From positions 8,410 through 72,409 of the forward strand of contig JAQVCA010000001.1 of assembly GCA_028690035.1 (NCBI GenBank): 64,000 nucleotides of DNA, in the 5' to 3' direction. Shown piece by piece: positions 24,333-33,845 of the stretch (within the stretch, counting starts at the first letter, position 1; the number at the start of each line of letters is the position of its first letter). Source of the DNA: Comamonas sp. (GTDB lineage Bacteria; Pseudomonadota; Gammaproteobacteria; Burkholderiales; Burkholderiaceae_C). Position numbers and translations under genes: made by a program. A model generated the notes under the pieces. The model did no database searches, was not told where the DNA came from, and was given only the letters and a program-made list of their open reading frames with translations.

Positions 24333-24608
24333 ATGACCACCAAGAAAGACCTGATTGCCGCTATCGCCAAGCGCACCGGAGAGAAGAAAGCCACTGTGGA
24401 GCACGTGTTTAACGCCACCCTGACTGAGATCGAGAATGCCTTGCTGATTGGTGATGCCGTCGCTATCAACGGCTTTGGCACCTTCGAGACCAAGCAGCGC
24501 GAAGCCCGCACCGGGCGCAACCCGCGCACCGGTGAGCCGGTAGAGATTGCCGCCAGCACCAGTGTGGCATTCAAGCCCGCCAAGGCGCTCAAAGACGCGC
24601 TGAACTGA
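24333..24608 (+). CDS. HU-family DNA-binding protein (phage encoded)
   Basis: TKKDLIAAIA, GFGTFETKQREARTGRNPRTGE, VAFKPAKALKDALN. Confidence 0.93.
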   Translation: MTTKKDLIAAIAKRTGEKKATVEHVFNATLTEIENALLIGDAVAINGFGTFETKQREARTGRNPRTGEPVEIAASTSVAFKPAKALKDALN

Positions 24609-24672
24609 TTGCCTGCCAGCGTCCCTCCACAACAAGCCCCGCACTGCCGGGGCTTTTTCTTTTGCCGCAGTT

Positions 24673-25146
24673 ATGACCGACCAGACACCCGCACGCCCCA
24701 GATTCAAGGTGCAAGGCCTCGCCTCCATCAAGCACATCAACGTGCGTAAAGAAGGCCCCGACGAAGAGAAAATCCTGGCCGTTGACGTGAAGCTCATGTT
24801 CAAGAAAGTGGATCGCCGCCTGTGCGATTACTTCGACGATGCGCTGCAGGCATTTCTGTGGCGTGGCGATACCGATGCGCTCATTGTGCGCAACACCCAC
24901 CTGTCGCCTGTGTCCTACGCAACAAGCATTCTTGGCGCCGAGGTGGAAATCGGAATGCTGAAGTTCTTTGGCTGCGACGTGCGCAAGTTCGTAATCGAAC
25001 CGCAGGATGGTGGCGTCATCACGCTGACCTGCAGCACCACGATCTACCCCGGCACCGACGAAGTGTCCAGGCTGGCCAACCTGGTGCAAGACGAAGAGCG
25101 CGTAAGCATCGAAGGGCCGCCAGACCTATTTGATAGCGCAGCATGA
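24673..25146 (+). CDS. Phage hypothetical protein
   Basis: 157 aa ORF in operon; ends with a PDLF motif. Confidence 0.7.
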   Translation: MTDQTPARPRFKVQGLASIKHINVRKEGPDEEKILAVDVKLMFKKVDRRLCDYFDDALQAFLWRGDTDALIVRNTHLSPVSYATSILGAEVEIGMLKFFGCDVRKFVIEPQDGGVITLTCSTTIYPGTDEVSRLANLVQDEERVSIEGPPDLFDSAA

Positions 25147-25349
25147 ACACTTGGACCCCTGCCTACATCCGCTGGCGCTGCGAGCGCCTGGAGCAGCTGC
25201 TGCGCACGATGCCACGCCTTGAAGCCCTGGCTGTTGTCAAACAAGAAGAGGCGCTACAGCCCTGGATGCACGATCCGCGCCCAGCGCCACCGCCCTTGCC
25301 TTTGGGCGGGCCGCACGGCCTCAATCCACCACACCTACAGCCCGCGTGA
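25143..25349 (+). CDS. Small phage hypothetical protein
   Basis: ATGA overlap with the upstream gene. Confidence 0.45.
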   Translation: MNTWTPAYIRWRCERLEQLLRTMPRLEALAVVKQEEALQPWMHDPRPAPPPLPLGGPHGLNPPHLQPA

Positions 25350-25378
25350 CAGCGGGCTTTTTTGTTTCTGGAGACGCC

Positions 25379-26227
25379 ATGACCGTAACCGCTCCTGCCC
25401 TGCGATACCACGGCGCCAAGTTTCGGCTAGCGCCGTGGATCATGAGTTTCTTCCCATCGCACCGCTGCTACGTTGAGCCATTCGGCGGCGCAGCAGGCGT
25501 GCTACTGCAAAAACCTCGCGCCTACGCTGAGGTTTACAACGACCTGGACGACGAAATCACCAACTTTTTCCGCGTGCTGCGCGAGCAACCAGATGCTTTG
25601 ATCGAGCAGATCCAGCTGACACCATACGCCCGTGCCGAGTTTGATCTGGCCTATGAGTCAACAACGTGTCCGATTGAACGCGCCCGACGTACCGCTGTGC
25701 GCGCCCAGATGGGGTTTGGATCAGCCGGAGCCACCAAGGGCACTACCGGCTTTCGCATCGACACTAAACGCCCCTACGCAACAGCCCAGCATCTTTGGGA
25801 GCGATACCCCGAGCAGATAGCTGCTGTGGCTGCACGCATGCAGGGGGTGCTGATCGAAAACCGGCCTGCCATCGAAGTTATGCAAGCGCATGACGAACCG
25901 GAAACCCTGCACTTTGTAGATCCGCCCTACGTCTTCGAGACACGCTCTGAGCGCAATGTGGCCCAAGGCTGCTATCGACATGAAATGACCGACGCCCAGC
26001 ATGCAGAGCTACTGAACACTCTTGAGCAACTGCAGGGCATGGTTGTGCTGTGCGGCTACCCATCAAAGCTGTACAGCGAACGCCTGCCGCACTGGCGACA
26101 ACACAGCACGACCGCACGCATGTCAGCTGGCCGCGGTACAGGCCTGCGCACCGAATGCGTCTGGATCAACCCTGCGTGCCAACGCGGCCTGCAGCAGCCC
26201 GGCTTCCAACAGCCGCAACTTTTCTAG
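25379..26227 (+). CDS. DNA N6-adenine methyltransferase (Dam/D12 class)
   Basis: RYHGAKFRLA, YVEPFGGAAGV (motif I), EVYNDLD, VDPPY (motif IV). Confidence 0.92.
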   Translation: MTVTAPALRYHGAKFRLAPWIMSFFPSHRCYVEPFGGAAGVLLQKPRAYAEVYNDLDDEITNFFRVLREQPDALIEQIQLTPYARAEFDLAYESTTCPIERARRTAVRAQMGFGSAGATKGTTGFRIDTKRPYATAQHLWERYPEQIAAVAARMQGVLIENRPAIEVMQAHDEPETLHFVDPPYVFETRSERNVAQGCYRHEMTDAQHAELLNTLEQLQGMVVLCGYPSKLYSERLPHWRQHSTTARMSAGRGTGLRTECVWINPACQRGLQQPGFQQPQLF

Positions 26228-26277
26228 ATCGAGCAACCACCTGCCCGCTAAGCGGGCTTTGTTTTTTGGAGCCTTGA

Positions 26278-27936
26278 ATGCTTTCCCCTCAATACCTACT
26301 GCCGATGCACACCGAACTGGTGGTCGATCTTTTCGCCGGCGGCGGTGGGGCATCCACCGGCATCGAGCAGGCCATTGGCCGCCATGTGGACATCGCCATC
26401 AATCACAGCGCAGACGCAATCGGGATGCACGAAGTCAATCACCCGCAGACCCGGCATTACTGTGCAGACGTTTTTGAGATTGATCCGCGCATGGCCACCA
26501 TGGGGCAGCCGGTGGGCCTGCTACATGCAAGCCCAGATTGCACCCACTTCAGCCAAGCCAAGGGCGGACAGCCGCGAAGCAAGGAAATTCGCTCCCTGGC
26601 ATGGGTGGTGATTCGCTGGGCCGGGACGGTGCGCCCGGACGTAATCACGCTGGAAAATGTCGAGCAGATGCTGCAATGGTCGCCCCTGGTTGCTAAGCGC
26701 TGCCCGAGCACTGGGCGCGTGGTCACGCTGGACGAAGTGACCGACCCCGCCACCGGCAAGGCCACTTACCGCGTGGCTGCTCCTGGCGAGGTCGTGCCGC
26801 GCAGCAATCAATTCCTGATACCCAGCAAAAAGCACATGGGCCGCAACTGGGGCCACTTTGTGCAGGCCCTGCGTGACCTGGGATATGCCGTGCAGTGGCG
26901 CGTGATCTGCAATGCCGACCTGGGCGCACACAGCACCCGCACACGGCTCTACATGATCGCCCGCTGCGACGGCCTGCCGATTGTTTGGCCTGAGCAGACC
27001 CACGCCAAAAAGCCCAAGGCCGGACAGGCACGCCACCGGCCCGCTGCCGATTGCATCGACTGGAGCATCCAGGGCAAAAGCATTTTTGACCGCGACAAGC
27101 CCCTGGCCGAGGCGACTCAGCGACGCATCGCCCACGGCGTAAAAAAGTTTGTGCTGGACAGCCCGCAGCCGTTCATAGTCCCCGGAAAAACCGCCCCCGT
27201 CCTGGTGCAAATGGGCCACGGCCAGGGCAGTGGAGCAACCGCCCGGCGCAGCTACGGCGCGAACGACATTACCGGCCCGCTGGGCACCGTAACCGCCAGC
27301 GGCGGTGGCCATGGCATCGCTGCAGCAACTCTGGTGCAGATGGGCTACGGCGAGCGCCCAGGGCAGGCCCCGCGCGTACCCGGCCTGGATAAACCCCTTG
27401 GCACGATAGTGGCCGGAGGTGGCAAGCACAGCCTGACGACCGCTTTTATGGTGCAAGCCAACGGCGGCTTTAATGCCACACCGGCCCGGGCCATGGACAC
27501 CCCTATGTCCACAGTGACCACCAGCGGCAGCCAGCAGCAGCTTTGCACACTGCAACTGAGCCAGGACGATGAGGCTGGAGCCCTGCGCTGCGCCGCCTTC
27601 TTGATGCGCTATCACGGCAATGGCGGCCAGTGGAGCGATCTGCGCGAGCCGATGACGACCATCACCACCCGCGATCGACTGGGCCTGGTGACCGTGTGGC
27701 TGAAGGGAGGGCCCTGGGTCATCGTGGACATCACCTTGCGAATGCTGACCCCGCGCGAGCTTTACAACGCCCAGGACTTCCCGCCTGGCTACGTCATCGA
27801 CCGCACAGCGGCAGGCAAGCCGCTGACAAAGACCGCCCAGGTGCGGATGGCTGGCAACAGCGTCAGTCCTCTACCCATGCGACTAATCGTCGCCGCAAAT
27901 TACACCGAAGCCGCGCTGCAGCGCAAAGCGGCTTGA
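26278..27936 (+). CDS. DNA C5-cytosine methyltransferase
   Basis: DLFAGGGG, SPDCTHFS, LENVE, R.RL, MAGNSV motifs. Confidence 0.92.
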   Translation: MLSPQYLLPMHTELVVDLFAGGGGASTGIEQAIGRHVDIAINHSADAIGMHEVNHPQTRHYCADVFEIDPRMATMGQPVGLLHASPDCTHFSQAKGGQPRSKEIRSLAWVVIRWAGTVRPDVITLENVEQMLQWSPLVAKRCPSTGRVVTLDEVTDPATGKATYRVAAPGEVVPRSNQFLIPSKKHMGRNWGHFVQALRDLGYAVQWRVICNADLGAHSTRTRLYMIARCDGLPIVWPEQTHAKKPKAGQARHRPAADCIDWSIQGKSIFDRDKPLAEATQRRIAHGVKKFVLDSPQPFIVPGKTAPVLVQMGHGQGSGATARRSYGANDITGPLGTVTASGGGHGIAAATLVQMGYGERPGQAPRVPGLDKPLGTIVAGGGKHSLTTAFMVQANGGFNATPARAMDTPMSTVTTSGSQQQLCTLQLSQDDEAGALRCAAFLMRYHGNGGQWSDLREPMTTITTRDRLGLVTVWLKGGPWVIVDITLRMLTPRELYNAQDFPPGYVIDRTAAGKPLTKTAQVRMAGNSVSPLPMRLIVAANYTEAALQRKAA

Positions 27937-27948
27937 GAAAGGAATCCT

Positions 27949-28341
27949 ATGACCCAACAGCAACCCCAACAACAACTCCTGCCATGCCCTTTCTGCGGGA
28001 CTGTGCCGCGCATGACCGGTCCCTGGGAGATAGGTACCAGCGACACGTATGAAGCGGTCGTTGAATGCCCTGGCTGCGAGGCACAGATTTCCCGACAAGC
28101 AGCAAGCCGCAATACCGTGCAAAAAGCAGTTGAAGAAATCTGGAATGTCAGATCACAAGCGCCTGAAAAAGCGCTGCAACGCCAAATGGACGACATGGCT
28201 CTACTGATGCGCCGGCTAGTCCAATCACTCAATAAAGCCGCGCCAGGGCACGAGCGTGCAAAAGCAGCACTGGACTACCTCAAACGCCACGGACTGCAGG
28301 GCAACCCGCTACGCACCACCACGCAGGAGCAAAGCACATGA
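27949..28341 (+). CDS. Lar-family restriction-alleviation-like protein
   Basis: LLPCPFCG...VECPGC...EIWN.R Zn-finger pattern. Confidence 0.7.
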   Translation: MTQQQPQQQLLPCPFCGTVPRMTGPWEIGTSDTYEAVVECPGCEAQISRQAASRNTVQKAVEEIWNVRSQAPEKALQRQMDDMALLMRRLVQSLNKAAPGHERAKAALDYLKRHGLQGNPLRTTTQEQST

Positions 28342-28451
28342 TCCAAGCAAGCCGCCGCGCACGCCAGCGCGGAGACAAACGAGACCGCTGGAAAGACCCC
28401 AGCGACGAAGACTGACCGCCCCGCAAAGGGCTTTTTTATTGCCTGATCACT

Positions 28452-28703
28452 ATGAACACTCTTTTTGCCCTACTCGCCAAATTCGGTGACGTGAATATCC
28501 CGCTAGAGAAAATCAGCAAGGACTTCTTTGGCATGGAGCCCAAAAAGGCCAACGAGCGCGCGTGCCTACAGGACTTGCCTATCCCCGCTTACAAACTTGG
28601 CGGGCAGCGCAGCCCGTGGCTAGTGGATGCCCATAAACTGGCTGAGTACATCGACCAAAAAAAGCAAGAGGCTTCAAACGACTGGGAGCGTATGCGTGCT
28701 TAA
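28452..28703 (+). CDS. PrtN-family regulator / probable excisionase (RDF)
   Basis: MNTLFALLAKF...IPLE....FFG......LPIPAY.LG.Q.SPWLVD...LAEYID; converges on the integrase. Confidence 0.8.
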   Translation: MNTLFALLAKFGDVNIPLEKISKDFFGMEPKKANERACLQDLPIPAYKLGGQRSPWLVDAHKLAEYIDQKKQEASNDWERMRA

Positions 28704-29749
28704 CGCTCAGGCACATGTTCAGGCTTCAGGTGGGTATAGCGTTTGAGGGTTGACCACGATTCGTGCAACGTGAACTGTGCCACCTCTTGAATGCTGTACC
28801 CCTTCTCAAACAATCGGCTTGTCGCTTCATGGCGCAGGTCGTGAAAATGCAAACCCTCAATTCCCAAGAAGTGACAGGCTCGTGTAAAAGCTGCTCCCAC
28901 ACTCTTGGAGTTGTACGGGAAAACCTCTGCAGCCTTCTTTGGTTGTGCCTGCATCAGATCCAGCGCTGGTTTCAAAACACGAAACTCGCGCCTGTTCCCT
29001 TTCTTCTGCGTTGGATGCTTCACGTCATCCAGCCAGCATGTCCCTTTTTCAAAATCAATATCCTCCCACTTGATGCGGCAAATCTCCTCTTGCCGCCTGG
29101 CTGACAGGAGTGCGAACTTAAAGATGTCCAGCATCGGAATCTGGGCGCGCGCATCTCTGCTACTGAAGTGATCCGTCAGCTTTTGCTCCTCCTCCGGCGA
29201 CAGTCTGCGCTTACGCTGCACAGGTTTGGCAATCACCTTTGTCCTGAGTAACTCGACTTTTGCAGCATCCGCAGCTATCACCGGCTGCTTGATGTCATAT
29301 ACCAATGCGCCTGACAAAAAAGCCTGGCGCAGCCAGATGATGTCGTTGAGTACCGTGGCCGGACCAGCGCCATCGTTGATGCGCCGCCCTTTCGCATACT
29401 CGATCAAGTCCGCTGCACAGAGCTGGCGAGAGTCTTTATCTGCCAGGCCCGAGGCGCGCAGTCTTGCGATGTCAGCTTTCTTTGACCTGCCCCACTCTGT
29501 AATACCCTCCGCCTGTTTGACGTAGGAGTCCAGCATATCCCCGACTGTGACAATCGACTGATTGAGTATGCCGCTTGCTCGCTGCTCCTGCAGCTCTGCT
29601 TCTCTGCGCTTCATCCACGCCTGAGCCAAAGCCTTACGTGAAAAAGTCTGCGACTCTGTGTGCACAATCACGCCGTTTTCTTTCAAGCGAATCTGTGCTG
29701 TGTACGCGGTAGTTTTATCCGCGCGCTTTCGTGCCGAAATGGTCCCCAT
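28700..29749 (-). CDS. int: Tyrosine integrase, dusA-associated type
   Basis: SARRQEEI (R), HFHDLRHEA (HxxR), LKRYTHL (Y); MGTI.ARKR...T.YTAQIR N-terminus; adjacent to the 5' end of dusA. Confidence 0.93.
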   Translation of the reverse strand: MGTISARKRADKTTAYTAQIRLKENGVIVHTESQTFSRKALAQAWMKRREAELQEQRASGILNQSIVTVGDMLDSYVKQAEGITEWGRSKKADIARLRASGLADKDSRQLCAADLIEYAKGRRINDGAGPATVLNDIIWLRQAFLSGALVYDIKQPVIAADAAKVELLRTKVIAKPVQRKRRLSPEEEQKLTDHFSSRDARAQIPMLDIFKFALLSARRQEEICRIKWEDIDFEKGTCWLDDVKHPTQKKGNRREFRVLKPALDLMQAQPKKAAEVFPYNSKSVGAAFTRACHFLGIEGLHFHDLRHEATSRLFEKGYSIQEVAQFTLHESWSTLKRYTHLKPEHVPER

Positions 29750-29757
29750 GGTGTCTC

Positions 29758-29853
29758 AGTGCTACAAGCCTCGTTCGTAGCACTGAATGTAGCACTGACT
29801 AGATGAAATCGGGGTTTTTTGGTGTTTTTCGGGGTGCTACGCACAGTGCTACA
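29758..29853. repeat. Five GTAGCAC/GTGCTAC repeats, probable integrase arm-type sites of the att region
   Basis: Copies at 29759-29765, 29777-29783, 29789-29795, 29834-29840 and 29846-29852. Confidence 0.65.
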
Positions 29854-29870
29854 GGCCGCAAAAGCCACCA

Positions 29871-30896
29871 ATGAATACAGAAAAAGATACTAAAAAACAA
29901 CAACTTAATTCCTATCCCCGCATGAGCGTCGCGCCCATGCTGGATTGGACCGATCGGCATTGCCGCTACCTGCACCGCCTGCTGTCGCGCCATGCGCTGC
30001 TCTATACCGAGATGGTGACCACCGGCGCCCTCCTGCATGGCGATGTGGCGCGCCACCTGCGCTTCAACGCCGAGGAACACCCCGTCGCCCTGCAGCTGGG
30101 CGGCAGCGAGCCGGCCGATCTGGCGCAGGCGGCCAAGTTGGGCCAAGCATGGGGCTACGACGAGATCAACCTCAACTGCGGCTGCCCCAGCGAGCGCGTG
30201 CAGCGCGGCGCGTTTGGGGCGTGCCTGATGCGCGAGCCCGCGCTGGTGGCCGATGGCGTCAAGGCCATGCGCGATGTGGTGGAGGTGCCGGTCACCGTCA
30301 AGCACCGCATCGGCATCGACAAGGAAGAAAGCTACGCCTTTGTGCGCGATTTTGTCGGCACGGTGGCCGAGGCCGGCTGCTCGGTGTTCATCGTGCATGC
30401 GCGCAATGCCTGGCTCAAGGGCCTGTCGCCCAAAGAAAACCGCGACATTCCGCCGCTGCGTTATGGCGTGGTGGCGCAGCTGAAGCAGGATTTTCCGCAC
30501 CTGACCATCGCCATCAATGGCGGCATCCGCGACAGCGCTGCGGTGGCCGCGCAGCTGCAGCAGGTCGATGGCGTGATGGTGGGGCGCGAGGCGTACCACA
30601 ACCCCTGGTGGCTCACGCAGTGGGATGCGCAGTTCTTTGGCGCCGCGCCGTTTGCGCTCAACCACCTGGAGGTGGAAGAGCAAATGGTGGCCTACATGGA
30701 GCGCGAAGCCGCCACGCAGGGCACGCACTGGTACGCGATTGCGCGCCACATGCTGGGCCTGCGCCACGGCCTGCCCGGTGCGCGCCACTGGCGTCAGGTG
30801 TGGAGCAACCACCGCCTCAAGGAACTGAGCGCGCGCGAGGTATCGCAGCTGGCCAACACCAAACCTGTCAAGCCCACAAAAAATAAGAGCACCTAG
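29871..30896 (+). CDS. dusA: tRNA-dihydrouridine synthase A
   Basis: SVAPMLDWTDRH, LQLGGS, INLNCGCPS, VTVKHRIG, HAR, VMVGREAY. Confidence 0.95.
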   Translation: MNTEKDTKKQQLNSYPRMSVAPMLDWTDRHCRYLHRLLSRHALLYTEMVTTGALLHGDVARHLRFNAEEHPVALQLGGSEPADLAQAAKLGQAWGYDEINLNCGCPSERVQRGAFGACLMREPALVADGVKAMRDVVEVPVTVKHRIGIDKEESYAFVRDFVGTVAEAGCSVFIVHARNAWLKGLSPKENRDIPPLRYGVVAQLKQDFPHLTIAINGGIRDSAAVAAQLQQVDGVMVGREAYHNPWWLTQWDAQFFGAAPFALNHLEVEEQMVAYMEREAATQGTHWYAIARHMLGLRHGLPGARHWRQVWSNHRLKELSAREVSQLANTKPVKPTKNKST

Positions 30897-30970
30897 CGCT
30901 CATTCAGCAAAGGATTCAGGTCGATAAATATGCAAAACGCCCGCATAACGGGCGCTGGCAGCTCTTTTTT
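30885..30970. repeat. REP-like inverted pair
   Basis: GAGCACCTAGCGCTCA ... GGGCGCTGGCAGCTC. Confidence 0.55.
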
Positions 30971-31000
30971 AAAGAGCAAAAAGACAGTAATGCCGAACGA

Positions 31001-31639
31001 TCAGCGCAGCAGCGGCACGCCGGTTTTGGACTGAATCTCTTCAAACGTCACCTCAGGGGCCAGCTCCACGAGCTTGAGGCCCTCAGGCGTGACATCCATC
31101 ACGCCCAGGTCGGTGATGATGCGATCGACAACGCCCTTGCCGGTCAGTGGCAGCGTGCATTCGGGCAGGATCTTCAGGTCGGTGGTGCCGTCTTTTTTCT
31201 TGGCCACATGCTCCATCAGGACGATGACGCGCTTGACGCCCGCCACCAGATCCATGGCACCGCCCATGCCCTTGACCATCTTGCCCGGAATCATCCAGTT
31301 GGCCAGGTCGCCCTGGGCAGTCACTTGCATGGCCCCCAGAATGGACAGGTTGATCTTGCCGCCACGGATCATGGCAAACGACTGGTCGGAGCTGAAAATC
31401 GACGAGCCCGGCAGCGTGGTCACGGTTTGCTTGCCGGCGTTGATCAGGTCGGCATCGACCTCGTCCTCAGTAGGAAAGGGGCCAATGCCCAGCATGCCGT
31501 TTTCCGACTGCAGCCACACCTCCTTGTCGCCGGTATGGTTGGCCACCAGCGTGGGAATGCCAATACCCAGGTTCACGTAAAAGCCGTCTTGCAGCTCTTG
31601 GGCCGCGCGCGCGGCCATTTGGTCTTGCGTCCAGGCCAT
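31001..31639 (-). CDS. scoB: 3-oxoacid CoA-transferase subunit B
   Basis: [14 protein letters not shown] catalytic Glu, GMGGAMDL. Confidence 0.93.
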   Translation of the reverse strand: MAWTQDQMAARAAQELQDGFYVNLGIGIPTLVANHTGDKEVWLQSENGMLGIGPFPTEDEVDADLINAGKQTVTTLPGSSIFSSDQSFAMIRGGKINLSILGAMQVTAQGDLANWMIPGKMVKGMGGAMDLVAGVKRVIVLMEHVAKKKDGTTDLKILPECTLPLTGKGVVDRIITDLGVMDVTPEGLKLVELAPEVTFEEIQSKTGVPLLR

Positions 31640-31641
31640 GG

Positions 31642-32349
31642 TCAGTCTCCTTTGTTCTCGCGCAGGGTGCGCTTTTCGATGCGTTTTTCTGGCGTGGGGT
31701 TGTGCACGATGCGGTGTACGTAGATGCCGGGCAGGTGAATGTCGTCGGGAGCGATCTCGCCCACTTCGACGATTTCTTCCACTTCCACAATGCAAATCTT
31801 GCCCGCCGTGGCCGCCGCAGGGTTGAAGTTGCGTGCCGTCAGGCGAAATTGCAGGTTGCCGCTCTTGTCGGCACGGTGCGCCTTGATGAGCGACACGTCG
31901 GTGACGATGGAGCGCTCCATCACATAGGTTTCACCATCAAATTCGCGCAGCTCCTTGCCCTCGGCCACCAGGGTGCCCACGCCCGTTTTGGTAAAGAAAG
32001 CCGGAATGCCCGCGCCGCCAGCGCGCAGCTTCTCGGCCAGCGTGCCTTGGGGGGTGAACTCCAGTTCCAGCTCGCCAGCCAGGTACTGGCGCTCGAACTC
32101 TTTGTTCTCGCCCACGTACGAGCTGATCATCTTCTTGATCTGGCGGGTCTCCAGCAACTTGCCCAGGCCAAACCCATCGACCCCGGCGTTGTTGGATACC
32201 ACCGTCAGGTGCTTCACGCCGCTGTCGCGCAGGGCATCGATCAAGGCTTCGGGGATGCCGCACAGGCCAAAGCCGCCCACGGCCAGCAGCTGGCCATCGG
32301 CGACCACGCCTTGCAGCGCTGCGGTGGCACTCGGGAAGAGTTTTTTCAC
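31642..32349 (-). CDS. scoA: 3-oxoacid CoA-transferase subunit A
   Basis: [29 protein letters not shown]; GTG start with AAGGAG SD. Confidence 0.93.
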   Translation of the reverse strand: MKKLFPSATAALQGVVADGQLLAVGGFGLCGIPEALIDALRDSGVKHLTVVSNNAGVDGFGLGKLLETRQIKKMISSYVGENKEFERQYLAGELELEFTPQGTLAEKLRAGGAGIPAFFTKTGVGTLVAEGKELREFDGETYVMERSIVTDVSLIKAHRADKSGNLQFRLTARNFNPAAATAGKICIVEVEEIVEVGEIAPDDIHLPGIYVHRIVHNPTPEKRIEKRTLRENKGD

Positions 32350-32384
32350 AATGTCTCCTTGTTGGAATGGATGGTGCGTAAGAT

Positions 32385-32417
32385 ACTACGTAACAGGTTA
32401 CGTAGTGGTTACGTAGT
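32385..32417. promoter_or_regulatory. Probable operator between scoA and the divergent LuxR-type regulator
   Basis: Perfect inverted repeat ACTACGTAAC-AG-GTTACGTAGT plus a third GTTACGTAGT copy. Confidence 0.6.
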
Positions 32418-32472
32418 ATTTCCTAGCCATCAACCCTGAACCCAAAATCTTGAACCTTGAAGCAACCTTCCC

Positions 32473-33018
32473 ATGGACTTGGATTACCGTTTGGCTTTCG
32501 ATATGGCCCCTGTCGGGCTGGTGATTTCGCGCAACCGCCATATGGTGGACTGCAACCAGCGCCTGTGCGAGATGTTTGGCACTTCGCGCGAGCTGCTGGT
32601 CGGGCAGTCGTTTTTGCTGCTCTACCCCAGCGCCGATGAGTACGAACGCCAAGGCGCGCGCATGGCACCCATCCTGAACGCCAAGGGTTTTTACAGCGAC
32701 AACCGCATCATGAAACGCGCCAATGGCGAAACGTTTTGGTGCCATGTCACCGGGCGCGCCTTGGAGCGCAGCAACCCACACGCCAGCGGTATTTGGAGCT
32801 TTGAGGACTTGAGCCAGCAGCGTCCGGTCAAGGCCGACCTGACCGGGCGCGAGCGCGAAGTGGCCGCGCGCCTGCTCGATGGCCTGACCTCCAAGGAAAT
32901 TGGCCGTGTGCTGGGCATCAGCCACCGTACGGTGGAAATTTACCGCGCACGCCTGATCCGCAAGTACGGCGCCAACACCACGGCCGATTTGGTCCACAAG
33001 CTGGTGGGTGCGGGTTAA
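32473..33018 (+). CDS. PAS + LuxR-HTH transcriptional regulator
   Basis: N-terminal PAS; C-terminal LTGREREVA..LLDGLTSKEIG..LGISHRTVE.YR. Confidence 0.9.
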   Translation: MDLDYRLAFDMAPVGLVISRNRHMVDCNQRLCEMFGTSRELLVGQSFLLLYPSADEYERQGARMAPILNAKGFYSDNRIMKRANGETFWCHVTGRALERSNPHASGIWSFEDLSQQRPVKADLTGREREVAARLLDGLTSKEIGRVLGISHRTVEIYRARLIRKYGANTTADLVHKLVGAG

Positions 33019-33117
33019 TCGGGAGGTTTGACCCCCACCGGCGCCATGGTGGTGCCAAAGGTTTACTGCTATGCTGCCGCGCAGCCCAACTGCGTGCAAA
33101 AAATAGGAGACAAAACC

Positions 33118-33717
33118 ATGGAAAACCCAAGCCCAGCAAGCGCACAACGCTACCCTTTTCCTGACCTCAACACCTTGCCAGAAGACATCCAGCAGCGCAT
33201 TTTGGCGGTGCAGGAAAAAGTCGGCTTCATCCCCAACATTTTTTTGGGCCTGGCACGCCGCCCAGACGAGTGGCGCGCCTTTTTTGCCTACCACGACGCG
33301 CTCATGCTCAAAGAAAGTGGCAACCTGACCAAGGGCGAGCGCGAGATGATCGTCACCGCCACCAGCAGCGCCAACGCCTGTTTGTACTGCGTGGTGGCCC
33401 ACGGCGCGGTGTTGCGCATCTACGAAAAACAGCCGCTGCTGGCCGACCAAATTGCCGTTAACTACCGCAAGGCCGACATCACCCCACGCCAGCGCGCCAT
33501 GCTGGACTTCGCCATGAAGGTGTGCCAACGCAGCCACGAAATCGACGGTCAAGACTTTGCCAGCATGCACAGCCATGGCTTTGACGATGAAGACATGTGG
33601 GACATTGCTGCCATCACTGCGTTTTTTGCGCTCTCTAATCGCCTGGTCAGCTTCAGCGGTATGCAGCCCAACCCGGAGTTTTACTTGCTGGGACGCGTTC
33701 CAAAAACCAAAAACTGA
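33118..33717 (+). CDS. Peroxidase-related AhpD/CMD-family protein
   Basis: EMIVTATSSANACLYCVVAHG CxxC motif; AGGAG SD. Confidence 0.88.
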   Translation: MENPSPASAQRYPFPDLNTLPEDIQQRILAVQEKVGFIPNIFLGLARRPDEWRAFFAYHDALMLKESGNLTKGEREMIVTATSSANACLYCVVAHGAVLRIYEKQPLLADQIAVNYRKADITPRQRAMLDFAMKVCQRSHEIDGQDFASMHSHGFDDEDMWDIAAITAFFALSNRLVSFSGMQPNPEFYLLGRVPKTKN

Positions 33718-33845
33718 TGTAGGTCTGATGCCGCTGATGGCATCCGCCATGGCGGTCTGCGTAGAACGCATAGAATGCGGGCCATTTTGCGGCAACGCAA
33801 CAAGAACGATCGTTCTATTTCCAACCTCAGAGAGACACTTTCAGC

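Larger units (their letters stand above)
1..29915. mobile_element. Temperate prophage (right portion) integrated at the 5' end of dusA
   Basis: Contiguous capsid, portal, terminase, replication, cro/cI, recombination and integrase genes. Abrupt switch to host housekeeping genes at dusA. Right boundary approximate; left end outside window. Confidence 0.95.

Noticed and set aside
28700-28703. Shared TTAA stop of the convergent prtN-like and int genes
   Set aside because: A compact arrangement common in such elements; no evidence of extra function.
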